Positions 35,329 through 50,700 of a stretch of DNA of 64,000 nucleotides are shown here, one piece after another. The position numbers and the translations under genes are program-made. Numbering within the stretch: position 1 is the first letter of the stretch; every line of letters starts with the position of its first letter. The notes below the pieces were generated by a model that did no database searches, was not told the DNA's origin, and saw nothing but the letters and a program-made list of their open reading frames with translations. The stretch is taken from positions 2,487,521 through 2,551,520 of the forward strand of contig BCKQ01000001.1 of assembly GCA_001600695.1 (NCBI GenBank), read 5' to 3'. The stretch is from Ascoidea asiatica JCM 7603. Lineage: Eukaryota > Fungi > Ascomycota.

Positions 35329-35414
35329 TTTTTAATTGATTAGTTATTGATTAATCTGGGAGAAAATCTTAACTTCTTATAAAAAAAATGTTGACCAAAT
35401 AAAAAACTGAAAGC

Positions 35415-35557
35415 TTTTTTTTTTTTTTTTTTTTTTTTAAACTTTTTTGGTAATATGTTGACAAAGAGTAAATTATTTTGAAATTTAATTTTGGCTAACA
35501 AAAAAAATTTAAAAAATCAATAAATTAAATTTAAAATTTTCAGATTCAAACGGGTAA
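35415..35557 (-). promoter_or_regulatory. RPA135 promoter: poly(dA:dT)24, RRPE-like and Reb1-like sites
   Basis: T24 at 35415-35438; AAAATTTTCA (TGAAAATTTT on minus) at 35533-35542; CGGGTAA at 35551-35557. Typical ribosome-biogenesis promoter layout. Confidence 0.55.
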
Positions 35558-36119
35558 CACATTTTAATATTATAAAAAGATAACTTTAATGTGAGAATTA
35601 AGAAAACCCAGAAAAACGGACTCAAAACTAAAATCTAAAGTTCAATTTAAACTCAATTTTTAAATGATTAATCGAAGTCAAAGTCAGTTGAATAAAAATT
35701 ACAATAAGCATTACTTTTTTGCTTAAAGTACAAAATCAAGTTAACTATCTTACTGAATGGAATTTAAAGTATTAATATGATAATATAATATTTAGATGTG
35801 AGAGATTCAATTGAAGAGACAAAAAAAAAAGCCAAGGCAAGGCTGAACAAGACAAATGAATTTAGAAAAAAAAGGAGAAGGATATTTCTTTTTTTTAAAA
35901 TAGTAACTATATTTCATTGAGAAAAAATTCGGATAAGATGTTAATAAAGTTAAATTGAAATTAATATTAAAATGAGTTATAATTTTGAAAAATCAGAAAA
36001 GATAGAAACAGAACAAAGGCAAAAAGGAAATGATAATAATTAGAAAACTTAGAATAATTTAAGTTAGTCAAATAATTTAAATTATTTGAGTTAATTTTAT
36101 AATCAATACCAATAGATAA

Positions 36120-36772
36120 TTAAATTGCATCAAGCTGAGAAGTTATTTCATCTAATTCATCTTTAGTGACTTTAAATTTAGCAGCTAAATCTTCAAATTT
36201 TTTCTCTAAATCATCTTTTTCAGCTTCTAAACTTACAACTTTTTTCTCTAATTGTTCAGCTTTGATATCAGTATCCCTTAATTTTTGAGTTGTTTCTTTT
36301 AAATTTTTATCAGAAATTTCTAATTCTTCTTCTAACATTTGATTTTTTTTAGTAAAATTATCATTATTTGTTTTTAAAGAAGCAGATTCTTCAGAAGATT
36401 GTTTAAATTCAGTAACTTGAGCTTCTAATTTTTCAGCTTCGGATTCTAATCTTTCATTTTTAACAGTTAAAGCTTGAATTTGATTATCTTTCTCAAGATT
36501 TTCTTGTTCTAAAACTTTAATACGTTCTTGTAATTCATCAGCTTTTTCTTGCCATTTTTCAGCATCAAGTTTTAAGTTTTCAATTTTCTATGAAGTAAAT
36601 GAAATTTAGAGTAGAAATAAATTTATGTTAGTGATTATTACTATTATTATGATTATGATTATAACCATAAGAGATTATTAACTGATTAAATTAAAAATAT
36701 AAATTTTTTATAATTGTGTTATCTAATATGAGGAATCTTAGAGTGAATACATACTTCCTTCAATTTATTCAT
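36120..36772 (-). CDS. TPM2: Tropomyosin, 161 aa; complement(join(36120..36587,36755..36772))
   Basis: Exon 1 MNKLKE joined to KIENLKLDAEKWQEK...; coiled coil; 161 aa is the length of yeast Tpm2; adjacent to AXL2 as in S. cerevisiae. The track shows only the last 72 aa. Confidence 0.9.
36588..36754 (-). other. Spliceosomal intron of tropomyosin gene (167 nt)
   Basis: 5' GTATGT, branch CACTAAC (36633-36627), 3' TAG; phase 0 after codon 6. Confidence 0.92.
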
Positions 36773-38026
36773 TGTTTAAAATACAGAGATATAATGATTC
36801 AAATGTTTATATGATAAATTTGATTAGTTAATCAATTGATTAATTGATTGATTGATTAAATCAAAAAAAAAAAAGATCTGAAAGGTGAAAGAATAAGTGA
36901 TAAAGAAAAGATTAAATGGAAGTAAACCAAATTGAATATCAAATCTTAGATATAAAAGACAGCACAGAAATAAACAAAGAAAATCAGTGTAAAAGACCAG
37001 AAAGTTCAAGAAATGTGATTGTTTAAATAAGAAGGGCCATAGTATCACACTATCACATTAAGATCACAGTGCAAGTAATCAATCGCTCGCGCTTTGCACG
37101 TAGAGAATCTGAGAATATGAGAATCTGTGTAAAGAATGTGTGTTGCCTTGAAAAAGCAGAGAAAGCTGGGAAAGCGAGCGAGACTCGAGTATTTTGTTAC
37201 GTATGCAAACACTCCCTCTAGTCAATGCTACCATTTCTGGGGGCCCCCCTGCTCAAGACTGACTATTCGCGGATAGTGGAACGCGGATTATCTACAAAAC
37301 CCAATTTCCGGGAGCGGATTCCACAGTCGCTCAAGCAGCATACCGCAGAGTTGCAATTCCAGATCTGGGATGGCAAAAATAGCTACGTTCCATTCACAGC
37401 TGGTCACCGAATGTTCCAGAGTTTGAGTATGAAGCAGCTACCATAGAGACAGCTTGGTCACGAGCTATAGGTCGGGTGTATTCCGACTCGTTATCTTATT
37501 GTTGGATGAAAAGAGTCTCTTTCATAAGCAGAAGAATACGCTGATTCTTCTTCAAAATCTTAATTTTTTCTGAAGTCGGATAGTAAGCAATATTAATAAT
37601 ATAAAAGAGGTAAGAGCAAGATTTATTAAAAGATTTACTTATAGAAATTCTTAAGAACCTTTTGGTCGAAAAGGACTAAAATTATAGATGAGATTTAAAA
37701 GAACAAAAGAATATCACTAAAATACAAAACGTAGTAATGTAGTTAGAATTTGAAGAAAGTAAAATTAGGATAAAAAAAAAGGATATTGTTTAAAAATAGA
37801 TAAAGGAATGAAATGTATTTATCAACAACCAAAAAAAAAAGCTAAAGAGTGACAAAGTTAATTTTATGAAAACCAACCAAAAAATAAGGAAAAAAAAGAA
37901 AAAAGTGAACCAAGTAAATAAACAAAAAACTAAATACAACTAGAAAAATTGAATTAAAATAAAAAAAATGAAAATATTCAAAAGAGAACTAAAAGAACTA
38001 AATGAAATGAAGCATTCTTGAAATTA

Positions 38027-41000
38027 CTATCTACTATCAACAATATCAGCTGTTTCTCCTTTTGACAGTATATCTCCATTTTGAATACTATTTGGATCAA
38101 TATTTACTGTTCCCATATTATGAAAACTTACTAGTCTTGTATTATTTTCACTTCCATATGTTGTATTAATTGTCATTTCATTTTCTGATTCGGTATGTTC
38201 AATAACATGTGTTACTGGTGCTCCAGAAATTTCACTTCCACTAGAGAACCTAACTTCATTATTTTTAGGACTATTACTTTCAAAGGTGAAAAAACTTTCT
38301 GATCCATCGAATAAATTCTGTTGAGAATCTGGAGTATTTTGTATATTTTGAAAACTTTGAGAATTTTGTGAATTTTGTGATTTGTAAGAATTTTGAGAAT
38401 TTTGAGATTTATGAGAATTTTGTGTTTTTGTTAATCTATATCTTCTTGCACTATAAGCTCCACTAGATCCAGATAATGATACTGAATGTGATCTGGCTGA
38501 ATTAGAACCTGATCGAGATCTTGATGATGAAGTCATCAGAAATGAATTTGCTGAAGAAAATTGACGTTTATGGTGTCCAACTTTTAATGGTGATGTATGA
38601 ATATCTCCATCTTCTTCTTCAACAATTCCTAAATTTGATGATGTCATTGTATTTACTCTTGAATGGATATTTTTTCTATTATTATTAACTATATTACTTG
38701 AGTAAATTCCATTTTCAGTTTTAATGATTCCTATTATATTCCCTTCAGAATCTAATCTTTGAACATTTCCACTATCTTCATGACAAAGAATATATTCACT
38801 GTTAATTGATCCTCTAGAACTCATAGTTGAACTTCTTTTAATATCACCATTAAATTCTTTACTTAAAATATCTTTTGAATTTTCTACTTTATTTTCACTT
38901 TTTACATCAATAAAATGTGGATCTAATGTTTTTCCGGTATTTTCATCTACAAGTCTGACACTAAATAATTCATTAGTTCCAACTGTTGCTAATGAAGTTA
39001 TAGAATCTCTTGTATTTTGTTTTTGCCTTGTTTCAATTGTTTGTCTCCATGAAGCTTTTGGTGTACTTGTCAAAGTGGATTCTGTACCATTAAAGTTATT
39101 ATCTCCGTAAAATCTTGGTACTTGAGGCAGGATTTTCGAAATCGATGTTGGTGTTTCTAATGTATCATGATAAATCTCTTTTGAAGTTGGTGTAGTATCT
39201 GATATTTCTTCGCCATAACTTAAGGCTCTTGTTCCTCTTACCGTTAACCTCTCTGGAGTTTTCAAATCTTCTCCTGAGCTATAATCTACTTCATGAATTA
39301 AATCTAATTCTTTTTGTTCTAATCTTAAAACATTCAAATTACCTAAATTTTGTGCAATCTCAAACTCTGATTGGGTTGTTGAATCGGCTAAAGATCCTAC
39401 TGAAATTACTTTAATATGATTAGAAGCTGGTAACATATTTTGTGCTTGAGTTTCAAAATTATTTACTACATTTACTTTTTTTGGAATTAAAGCATTTGAG
39501 TTATTAACTGGATGTCCCAAAATTGGATTTGAAATTATAGTATTATTCGATTTTTCATTTGACCCATATGTTGTAGTAGTATTGTCATAATCTTGTTTTT
39601 CTTCATCTTCACTTGAAATATTTTTCGAATTTTTATTTTTAGAGATGCAAAAATAATATATTATACAACCTAAGATTATTAAAAACAAAATAGGTAAAAT
39701 AACACCTAAAATAATGGCTAGTTTTTTATTTGAATGATGCGACTTTTTTGCAGAAGAATAATTTCCATCGGAAGATGATGATGACGATGTAGATGTAATC
39801 GAACTTGATGAAATAGAAGAATCAGAGGACTCTACACCTTCAATTGTGAAAGATAATTCATCTGAAAAAATCTCCCTTTTTCTTTTAGTCGATGAAGAAC
39901 TATTACTTGAATTATATGAAGCAATGATGGAAACATCAATAGACTCAAAACTTGAAGGAACATTACCATTGAAAGTTAAATTTGATTGAAAAAAACTTAG
40001 CCAACTAGCTTCAGATACTTTATAATCAGCTGTAATATTTAAATTTTCTTTATCATTGAATATATTTTTATTTAAAGTATAGGAAAAATAAGAATTAATT
40101 GTAGCATTTACGTTATTCAATGAAGTTACAGAAAATAAACTTGATGAATTTGAATATGAAATTGAAGTTGAATTTGAATTTGTTTTATTTTTAGTTGAGT
40201 TGTTTAAACTTTCCACATCTAATTCAAGTTGTAAAAATAAAGAATCTTCAAAAGTATCATATAATGTTACAGTCAAATTTACATTTGATTTTTCACTTTT
40301 TGGAACTTGACCATTTATATAATAACTATCATTAGTTAAATTTAAAACAACCCACGATGGTGAATCATCATTTAAAGATATTGAAGAAATATTATCTAAT
40401 TGAATTTCATTATCATCTAATAATATGTCGGTTAATGGAATCTCATAAAAAAAATCTCTAGTTTTTAAATTAGGATTTATTATTATAGTATTATTTAAAG
40501 TTGTACTTAATTGATGAGCACCAATAATAATTTTGAAGGGAATTTCGATAGCAGAAAATCTTAAATAGTCTGTTGCGATTAAATTAAAAGAATATTCAAT
40601 ACTTGGTGCAATTTCTGAATTTACAGCAGGAGCGGTACCATAAAAGGATAAAGTTGTAGAATCAAAAGTAATCCAAGAAGGTAATGAAGTTCTATTTAAA
40701 TATCTACCATAATATTGGACAATTTGACTTGAAGAGTTTTTTAAAACTTCAAAAGTATCTTTAGAAAAAGAAACATTAAAGTAATCACCTGGAGTTAAAA
40801 CTAAACCATCATAACCATTGGTATAACCAAAATTTGATAATCGATTTAATAAAGAAAAATTTTGGTTTATTACTGGAGAAGAATGATTTGATAAAATGAT
40901 TGTTGAAGATTCAGTAATATTTTGATTTGAAATAGAATCTGTTCCAATTAAATTAAATTCAATTTGATTAATTGAAGACTCTAAATTTGAAGGAGGGGTA

Positions 41001-41257
41001 CCATGAAATTCTAAAGTACTTGAATTAAAAGATAACCAAGATGGCAAGTTATTTGAAGTTGAATAGGTTATATTTGAACTTAAAGAATTTGATAAGAAAG
41101 TATTTGAATTTAACGTCAAAGAATATGGGATATTAGTTCTTGCAATAGTTGGTAATTGTTCATTAAATGGGAAACCAATTGATAAAGATGTAGTTGATAA
41201 TATTAAATTTGGTAAATATAAAAAAAATAAATAGATATTAAAATTTTTTGAAAACAT
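38027..41257 (-). CDS. AXL2: Axial budding protein Axl2 (type I membrane protein with cadherin-like/He_PIG repeats)
   Basis: Signal peptide; GFPFNEQLPTIAR; LPSWLSF..GTP repeats; YYGR..NRTSLPSWI.FD; transmembrane segment LAIILGVILPILFLIILGCIIYYF; IISNP. Confidence 0.92.
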   Translation of the reverse strand: MFSKNFNIYLFFLYLPNLILSTTSLSIGFPFNEQLPTIARTNIPYSLTLNSNTFLSNSLSSNITYSTSNNLPSWLSFNSSTLEFHGTPPSNLESSINQIEFNLIGTDSISNQNITESSTIILSNHSSPVINQNFSLLNRLSNFGYTNGYDGLVLTPGDYFNVSFSKDTFEVLKNSSSQIVQYYGRYLNRTSLPSWITFDSTTLSFYGTAPAVNSEIAPSIEYSFNLIATDYLRFSAIEIPFKIIIGAHQLSTTLNNTIIINPNLKTRDFFYEIPLTDILLDDNEIQLDNISSISLNDDSPSWVVLNLTNDSYYINGQVPKSEKSNVNLTVTLYDTFEDSLFLQLELDVESLNNSTKNKTNSNSTSISYSNSSSLFSVTSLNNVNATINSYFSYTLNKNIFNDKENLNITADYKVSEASWLSFFQSNLTFNGNVPSSFESIDVSIIASYNSSNSSSSTKRKREIFSDELSFTIEGVESSDSSISSSSITSTSSSSSSDGNYSSAKKSHHSNKKLAIILGVILPILFLIILGCIIYYFCISKNKNSKNISSEDEEKQDYDNTTTTYGSNEKSNNTIISNPILGHPVNNSNALIPKKVNVVNNFETQAQNMLPASNHIKVISVGSLADSTTQSEFEIAQNLGNLNVLRLEQKELDLIHEVDYSSGEDLKTPERLTVRGTRALSYGEEISDTTPTSKEIYHDTLETPTSISKILPQVPRFYGDNNFNGTESTLTSTPKASWRQTIETRQKQNTRDSITSLATVGTNELFSVRLVDENTGKTLDPHFIDVKSENKVENSKDILSKEFNGDIKRSSTMSSRGSINSEYILCHEDSGNVQRLDSEGNIIGIIKTENGIYSSNIVNNNRKNIHSRVNTMTSSNLGIVEEEDGDIHTSPLKVGHHKRQFSSANSFLMTSSSRSRSGSNSARSHSVSLSGSSGAYSARRYRLTKTQNSHKSQNSQNSYKSQNSQNSQSFQNIQNTPDSQQNLFDGSESFFTFESNSPKNNEVRFSSGSEISGAPVTHVIEHTESENEMTINTTYGSENNTRLVSFHNMGTVNIDPNSIQNGDILSKGETADIVDSR

Positions 41258-41404
41258 TTTTTAATTTTTAATTTTTTAATTTTTTAATTTTTTCAAATCT
41301 TTGATGTAGTTGATGATATTAAATGATTCCCTTTGTTAAGAAATGAAACAAAAACAATTTTTGCAATTTATTATGATAAATATGCAGAGATGAATAAATA
41401 AAGA

Positions 41405-41611
41405 AGCGAATGTGAATTTTTTTCTCTTTTGTTTATTTCTTAATTTTTTATCTTTTAAATTCTTTATGTTTAAGCGAATGTGAATTATATTGACAATAAA
41501 TTTGATGATAAAAAATAAAAGTAAATATCTTATTACAATTTAAAAAGAATGTGTTAATCTTTAAAAGAAAAAATGAACTGGTGAAATGAAAGTCTATATA
41601 TAAAAGGAATG
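41405..41611 (-). promoter_or_regulatory. Four CNYTCNYT (Ssd1-type / Tec1 TCS-like) motifs upstream of AXL2
   Basis: CATTCGCT x2 (41405-12 and 41473-80, inside a 15-bp direct repeat), CATTCTTT (41544-51), CATTCCTT (41604-11), all in gene sense. Confidence 0.45.
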
Positions 41612-44347
41612 ATTTTTTTTTAATTAGAATTTCAATTGATAATCTGAATGGAATAGTATGATTAATTCTTAAATGGGAAATGAAAATTACTCAAAAAAAA
41701 AAAAAGGAAAGTAAATTTAAATATATAATAGAAAAGACAAAAGTTGAAAAAAAACAAAGAAGAAAAAAAAAGAAGAATAAGAAATGAAATAATTTGAAAA
41801 ACAAATTAGGAATTAAATGAAATATAACTGAAGAATATAAATGAAGAATTAATCGATGAATTATTAAGTATTATGTTCTGAATTATATGGAATAGGAAAT
41901 AGAATTAATAAATTGAAATAGGAAATGGAAATTTTGAATTGATTTGGATTGAAATATAATTAAACGAGAGAATATATTTAAGATTTATTGACACAATAGG
42001 AAATTTAATTGAGATTTTAAATAAAGGATATAATTATAAAATTGAAAGAAGAAACCATTATATATTCAAAAGTAGAATATATTAAAAAGGATTAATAATT
42101 GATATAATTTGAAATGAGGAAATATTGAAAAGTAATTTTAACCATTTTTGAATTTAATTTATCATAGAAGAGAAAAGTTGCTTGAATGATTTAAATAAAG
42201 TTTTTAAAAGATACATTACATTAAATTAATCACTTTAGATTTATTGACAATTTTAAATTTGATTAAAATTTAATACGTATTATAAGAATAATAATATTGC
42301 TTTCGATACTGATACTGAAGATCATAGTTACTTTATTTAAAAACTATTTATTTATTGTGTTCCTGATTATTGAAAGGAAGTCAAATTGATTATTATTAGT
42401 TAAAGAATACAAGAAGGGGGAGTAATACTCAATTTCTAGTAGCAAAGCAGAATAATATATACATTTTTTTCAATTAATAAGTTTTTAAATTTTATTAAAA
42501 AAAGAAGTTAACAATTGATAGTTTCTTGATTTAGGATAAATTGAAAATATTGAAAAAAAAATGGAGTTGCTGATTGAAATTTAGTCCAGATTGGGATTAA
42601 ATTAAAGTGACCCTGTTTATTAATAATTATTACGCGATATGTTAATAAACAATAAGGGACCCCATATACAATACGCTCCCAGGCTTTCAGGAGTTTAAGG
42701 AGAAAGTCCAAGAGGATTCTTTTTTGGTGTCGAGATGCCAGCACCTGCAAGGAACACTCAAACAAACCAATGAGAAACACGCTGGAAACAGACTCGAGAC
42801 AATTTCGAGACAATTTCAAAACAGAAATAACAAATGGATGTGGCGCCAGGTTCACGGTAGCCCTTCTACCTTGACCTTCCACTGTTTGTGTGGCGTGAAT
42901 ATGATGTGGACGCGGTAGGAGTTTTTCTGAGTCCAAAGTCACGCTTCCTCATTCAAAATAACCAGCCGCCAGTTTAGTGCAACAGTTTAGTCGTACCGTT
43001 CTAGTGGATTATTATCTCTCGTTGGTCTCTTTACAGCCTGTCTGGGCCAGAGTTAACATTAGTGATACTGAACTGAATGCTAGATGGCGGTTTTACACGT
43101 GGCTCTTGAGCTCCGTCGAGAGCTTGATTGTGTTCAAGACTTGACTTCAGCAATTCCTCATCCTTTCCAGAAAACTTATTAAGATACCGTAACGATACCT
43201 TTCAAATTTATTATTCGGAAGTTGTAATCGATCTGGCTTATTGATTGATTAAATTTGGCTCGATTTTAATTCATTTTTATTTCATTTTGAATTCTATTTT
43301 TGAATTTGAATTTGAATTTGAATTCGAATTCGACTTTACTTTTGAATTTTCTCCAAGCTTAAGGACCATGAACTTAAGTTTTTAGTATCTCTAGTTGCCT
43401 TAAGCTCCAAAAGTTGATTTTGTAATTTTGTGGAAATGAAAATTGAAATCGAAACTAAAATTTAAAAGACTAAAGCTAAACTTTGTTAATGTTTTTCAAT
43501 ACCATTCTAGTGCTGAAAATACTGACAATTTTATTCTTTTGGCAGTTAATAGAAGTGGAACCTAGAATATGGATTTTTTATCCTCGATAATTTGGGTCTA
43601 AAAGAAAATTTATAAGCCGATAATTAGATCATTACAGAAGTTTCCATTCATTTTTTTAAAACAAAACACTGGCTTATGAATCTTATTAGGAACACAAAAA
43701 AGACTATCCATAAATCACTAAGTTTCGGGTCCGATTTTAAGGTCCTTTAGGACATTTACCTTTTGGAAAAAAATATCAGCAAAGTTGAAATAATTAATGG
43801 AAGTTTCCTCTACAATGGATCCCATAGCACCTATTTTTACTAAATTATCATTCATTTTTATTAAAAGAGGAATTGACAGTGCTTCTGGCTTCAAAACGGC
43901 GATGGTCTCTACTTATTCGGATCAATTCAGCACTGGCAATTACAATACAGCCCCAGTTTATTACGAGGCAAGGTCTTGCCCGTTTCCCGTTTCATTGAAG
44001 GCCTATATTTCGGGGCAGGCATATCCGCGTTTTTACGGGTGTTTGTTGGTTTTGTATCAGTATTAGCACTATTAATACATCCAACACTCCCAACAGTAGC
44101 AAAAGAGCAGAAAAATTGTTCCCACGGTGGGTCGCAGAAAAGGCCTGCGGTGCTGCACTCCAGTACCATTTCGACAGACCCAGCAAGTCTACTGGGCCTC
44201 AGCAGCAAGAAAGTGAGTGCAGTGGAATAATGTGGTTAAAATATAATTGTAAATATATTCCATAAACATAACTCATCCTGAATTTAATGTGAATATAATC
44301 CATAATTATAATCATAATCAAAATTAGAAATACAATCATAATCATAG

Positions 44348-44397
44348 ATAAATATAAATATAAATATAAATATAAATATAAATATAAATATAAATAT
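44348..44397. repeat. (ATAAAT)~8 tandem repeat upstream of GFA1
   Basis: Read directly. Confidence 0.9.
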
Positions 44398-44825
44398 TTT
44401 TTAAAATAAAAGTAAGAATAAGAATAGGATAAAAATAATAATACAATTATATATAATTAGTATAAATATATCCTTGATTTCCATTGATTTCGAATATTTC
44501 TTTTTATTATTTTCAATTTTTTATATTTAACACTTCATTCACTCTTCAATCCATTATTATACACTTTCATATTATACTATATTAATCAATAATAATATTA
44601 TAAATATATTATACCTATATATATTTATATCTCTTTATATCTATATACATATTACTTTACTTTACTTTACTCTATTATATTTAAATTTCATTTAATTTAA
44701 TTTGAATTCAATTTGCTTAATATTCTCAATATCATTTACTAATTTACTGATTTTCTCAATCAATCAATCAATTAATCAATCAATCATATAATATAAACAA
44801 TCTTATAATCGAAAATAATTGATAA

Positions 44826-47027
<2,202 letters not shown>

Positions 47028-47707
47028 TTTCTCCAAATTTTTATTGTTATATTTTGGGTGCTATTGTTTTTGGGTTTCACTGATAGAATAATAGTGATTT
47101 TTAGTAGGTTAGATAGATTGTAATGTTAGTTTTTATTTGATCTTTGTGTCTTTCTCTTTTTTCAAAATTTTTATCTCAAATTTCATTTTTTATTTTCGTT
47201 TTCTTTTCCTAAATGTATTAATCAGTTCATATTCATCAAAATATGATACAAACGTTATTTTATTCCTAAAAACAACTTGAAAACTCTGGTCATTTTAAAA
47301 TTTACTCTTAAGAATTTTTTTGAAGTTTGGTTTATATCTTTTACAAAGGTCACTTGAAATTTTCGAAATATTTAATAAAATTAAAAATTAATTGATTTTG
47401 ATACAAATTTACGGATGGTTAGAAATTAGTCTTACATTAGAATAGACAGTGGCAAAGAGCACAATCAAAAGAAATATAATAAATAAAGTTATAAATAAAT
47501 TTAATATACTAGAATACATATAATTCAAAAAGAATCTTATAAAAAACATTTTTTGAAAAAAAGACAGAAAAATTATAATTGAAAATAAATAAAGGGAGCT
47601 AAAAAATAGTTGTTGAATTACTGAAAAAAAATTGTGTTTGGTGAAGATGGAACCTTTGCCATAATATTTTGAAATTAAGTTTTGAAAACAGTTAACCAAT
47701 AGTATAT

Positions 47708-50700
47708 TCACTTTTTTGAAACTTGATTTTTTTGTGTTTTTGAGGTCTGAGATCCATTTTCATTGGGCCGAGGACTTTTGCTTTTCTTTGAAGGATTTTC
47801 TTCATTGGATACAGTTTGACTGCAATTTCCATTCATAGTTTCATTGGTCCGCTTGACGCCATTTACTGGTTTTGGAATATTAATTGAACTATTATTTGAC
47901 CCATTTATAGTTCCATTTTTTCTTCCTGAATGTAATGAAACATCGGACTTATTATCAATATCATATTGCTTATTTGCTTTACTGGCAAGAGAAGAACTTT
48001 TACCAACTTTCAAATTCTCACTTGGCTCTAAGGAAGCAGAATTGGATTTTTCTAATTTTTTATCACTCAGAAACATTTCACCACAATGTTTTGCCTTATT
48101 TCTTCTGCTATTTATTAGTGACTTTGTCATATCCAATACCGGAGGAGCGTTATTGTTGAGAAGAAGACTTTTTGCCTCGATTTCAGCAATTTTATTGCTG
48201 TCAATACTAGGAACATATACACCATTATTATTTTTATTCAGAAGTTGAGGCTTAGATTTAGGAGATATATTTTCATTATCATTCCCCTTCTTTTTTTTGG
48301 TACTACTCTCAATTTTTTTGTTTGAAGAGTTTAAATTTTTTGCAAGTGGTATTCTTTTGCTCACATTCTCTTTATTTTTCACTTGTGTTGAATTATTACC
48401 TGGTTTAAAGGAAGAAGCTAATGAACTATTTTGACTAGTAAACTTTTGAGATTTCTGTTGGGCATGCTCGCCATTTTTGTTTTTGAGAAGCTGCTGTTGA
48501 AACATTTTCTTTTGAAGATCATGGGAAATTATGTTATCACTGCTATTAGTACCAATATTATTGACTAATGGTGTTTTTTTGGAATTTTTGGAAGCAACAA
48601 GGTTCAGATTATTCTTTGAAGTTAAACTAGCTAAGTAATCAAAGTCACCACTAGATTTCATTTTATTCAAGTATTGTTCTAATCCTTGTTGAGGACTAGA
48701 AATTTTATTAGCTTCGGTAAATGACATCAAAGGTTTAAGAAGAGAAAATATATCAAAGGTTTGTAAAGAGTTATAAATAGGCTTTGAAAACCCATATTTG
48801 ATAGAATTCTCAATATTTGAATGAAGCTCCTTTAATCTAAAAAAGGGATCTGAGATTGTATTTTTTGTTTTATTATTAATATTAGGGACTGGCTGTGAAA
48901 CATCTGTGAGCATTTTGTTCATAAAATCCCAGTTTAAATTGAATTTATAGTTATATATTGAAAATTCTGCTAACTCAATTTTCTTGAAAAAATTAAAACA
49001 GCATTTAAGGGTTCCTTTCATTACTATTGAAGCTCCATTTTTATAATATGCATTTACCTCAAATGTACAAATTTCTAAGTAAACATTATCATTTGGTAAA
49101 AAATGAGGTTTTATCTGATTTGAAACAAACCTGAAATATTTCACACCATCATTGAATAACGACCGAAAATATTCTAAAAAAAATATTTTAGGGATATCAT
49201 AAGATTTTCGCTCTTTTGGATCAAGAAATGAGATCCTAAAGCAACCCTCACTTGCCATATAAAAGCTATTGAAATCGGCTAATACTTTTTGTAATGTATT
49301 ATCAAAATCCTTTTTAGTTGAATCAAGAGAAGATATTATATCTATAATTTTACAGTAATTGGTTATTACCTGTTGAGTATGCACTTGTCTTGTCATATAT
49401 GCATTCACAATAGTAGCTTCTGTTGCTTTAGAATCAGGATACTTTTGACCTTCTAAAAAACTTTGAAATTTTTGATCCTTAAAAGCTTGTGAATCGACAG
49501 AACTTTTCAAATTCAAATTCCCTAAACTGTCTGTTTTTATTTTCTGAGAATTCTCTTCGATTATCGGATTATTTGAATCATTGAGAGGCTTCAGAGTGTT
49601 TGGATTAGCAAGGTTATTCTGTTTATTCAGACTATTCAAAGAGTTAAGATTACTTGAATTAATATTTAACCCCTTTCCTTTGAGAACATTTAAATTGCCT
49701 TTAAATGCAGACATATCATCTTTCATGTTAGAAATTTTATCATTCGAATCAGAACAGATTTTATTGAGATTAAGACTTGTTTTATTGTTAGCACATTCCT
49801 TAACTTTACTGTTTGAACCATGATTATTGTTATTACCCGTAGAAGAATTCGTACTTTTTTTATCATTATCAGTTGCATCAGCTTTCGGATTATTTTTCGA
49901 ATTAATATTTTTTTTATTGTTATTGCCAATTTTATTATCGTTCGCTGAAATCTTAACGGGAGAAGATGGATTATTTTTCAGTTTCTGCTTTTGTTTTTGC
50001 TTTGACTTATTTGAATTTGTTTTACCATTTGAATTTACTTTTTTTGGATCTGAAATGAATCTCTCACTTAAATCGGTGGCCAAATTATGAGGTTTTCTTA
50101 ACTGATTTTGTCTAAGTTGCTGTAAATGTTGTTTCTTTTGCTGCTGTTGTTGAAATAAAATTTGATCCTTTTGTTTTTGAATGAAAGCCGTGCTGATATT
50201 TTGTGGATGATTTAACTTTTCTGCATATGCTTGCAAATTAGAATTATTAAGATTAGATGAATTATTAGTTAGGTTTGGGTTAGTTATTGAAGCAGTTGCT
50301 ACATTCATTATATTTATTGGATTTGGGATAGAATTTGAACTTGAACCTTGAGTTAAATTTGAGTTTGGAGTCAAAACTGAGTTTTGTCCTACACTTTGAT
50401 CAGAATTCATAATACCATTTTTACCAGGACTAGGATTTTGATTTAAATTGTGATTTATAGTTTGGGTAAGAACAGAATTCTGAAATTGAACTTGATTTTG
50501 ACTTAAGTTTGAATTGGCGTTTTCATTTTGATTTTGGATAGCTATAGGATTCAAAGGAGTATTTGGAGTTTGAGGTTGATGAGATTGGGACTGAAGTGCA
50601 AGCCTTTGTTGTTGTTGCTGCTGTTGTTGATTTATAGAAATTCCATTTGGTAAAGGGGTAGGTGCTGAAGAAGTGATAGACATACGATTGGCATTGTTGG

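Noticed and set aside
47409-47711. 100-aa hydrophobic ORF just downstream of MFG1 (also 2504-2704, 36824-37048)
   Set aside because: F/I/L-rich translation of T-rich UTR or terminator sequence.
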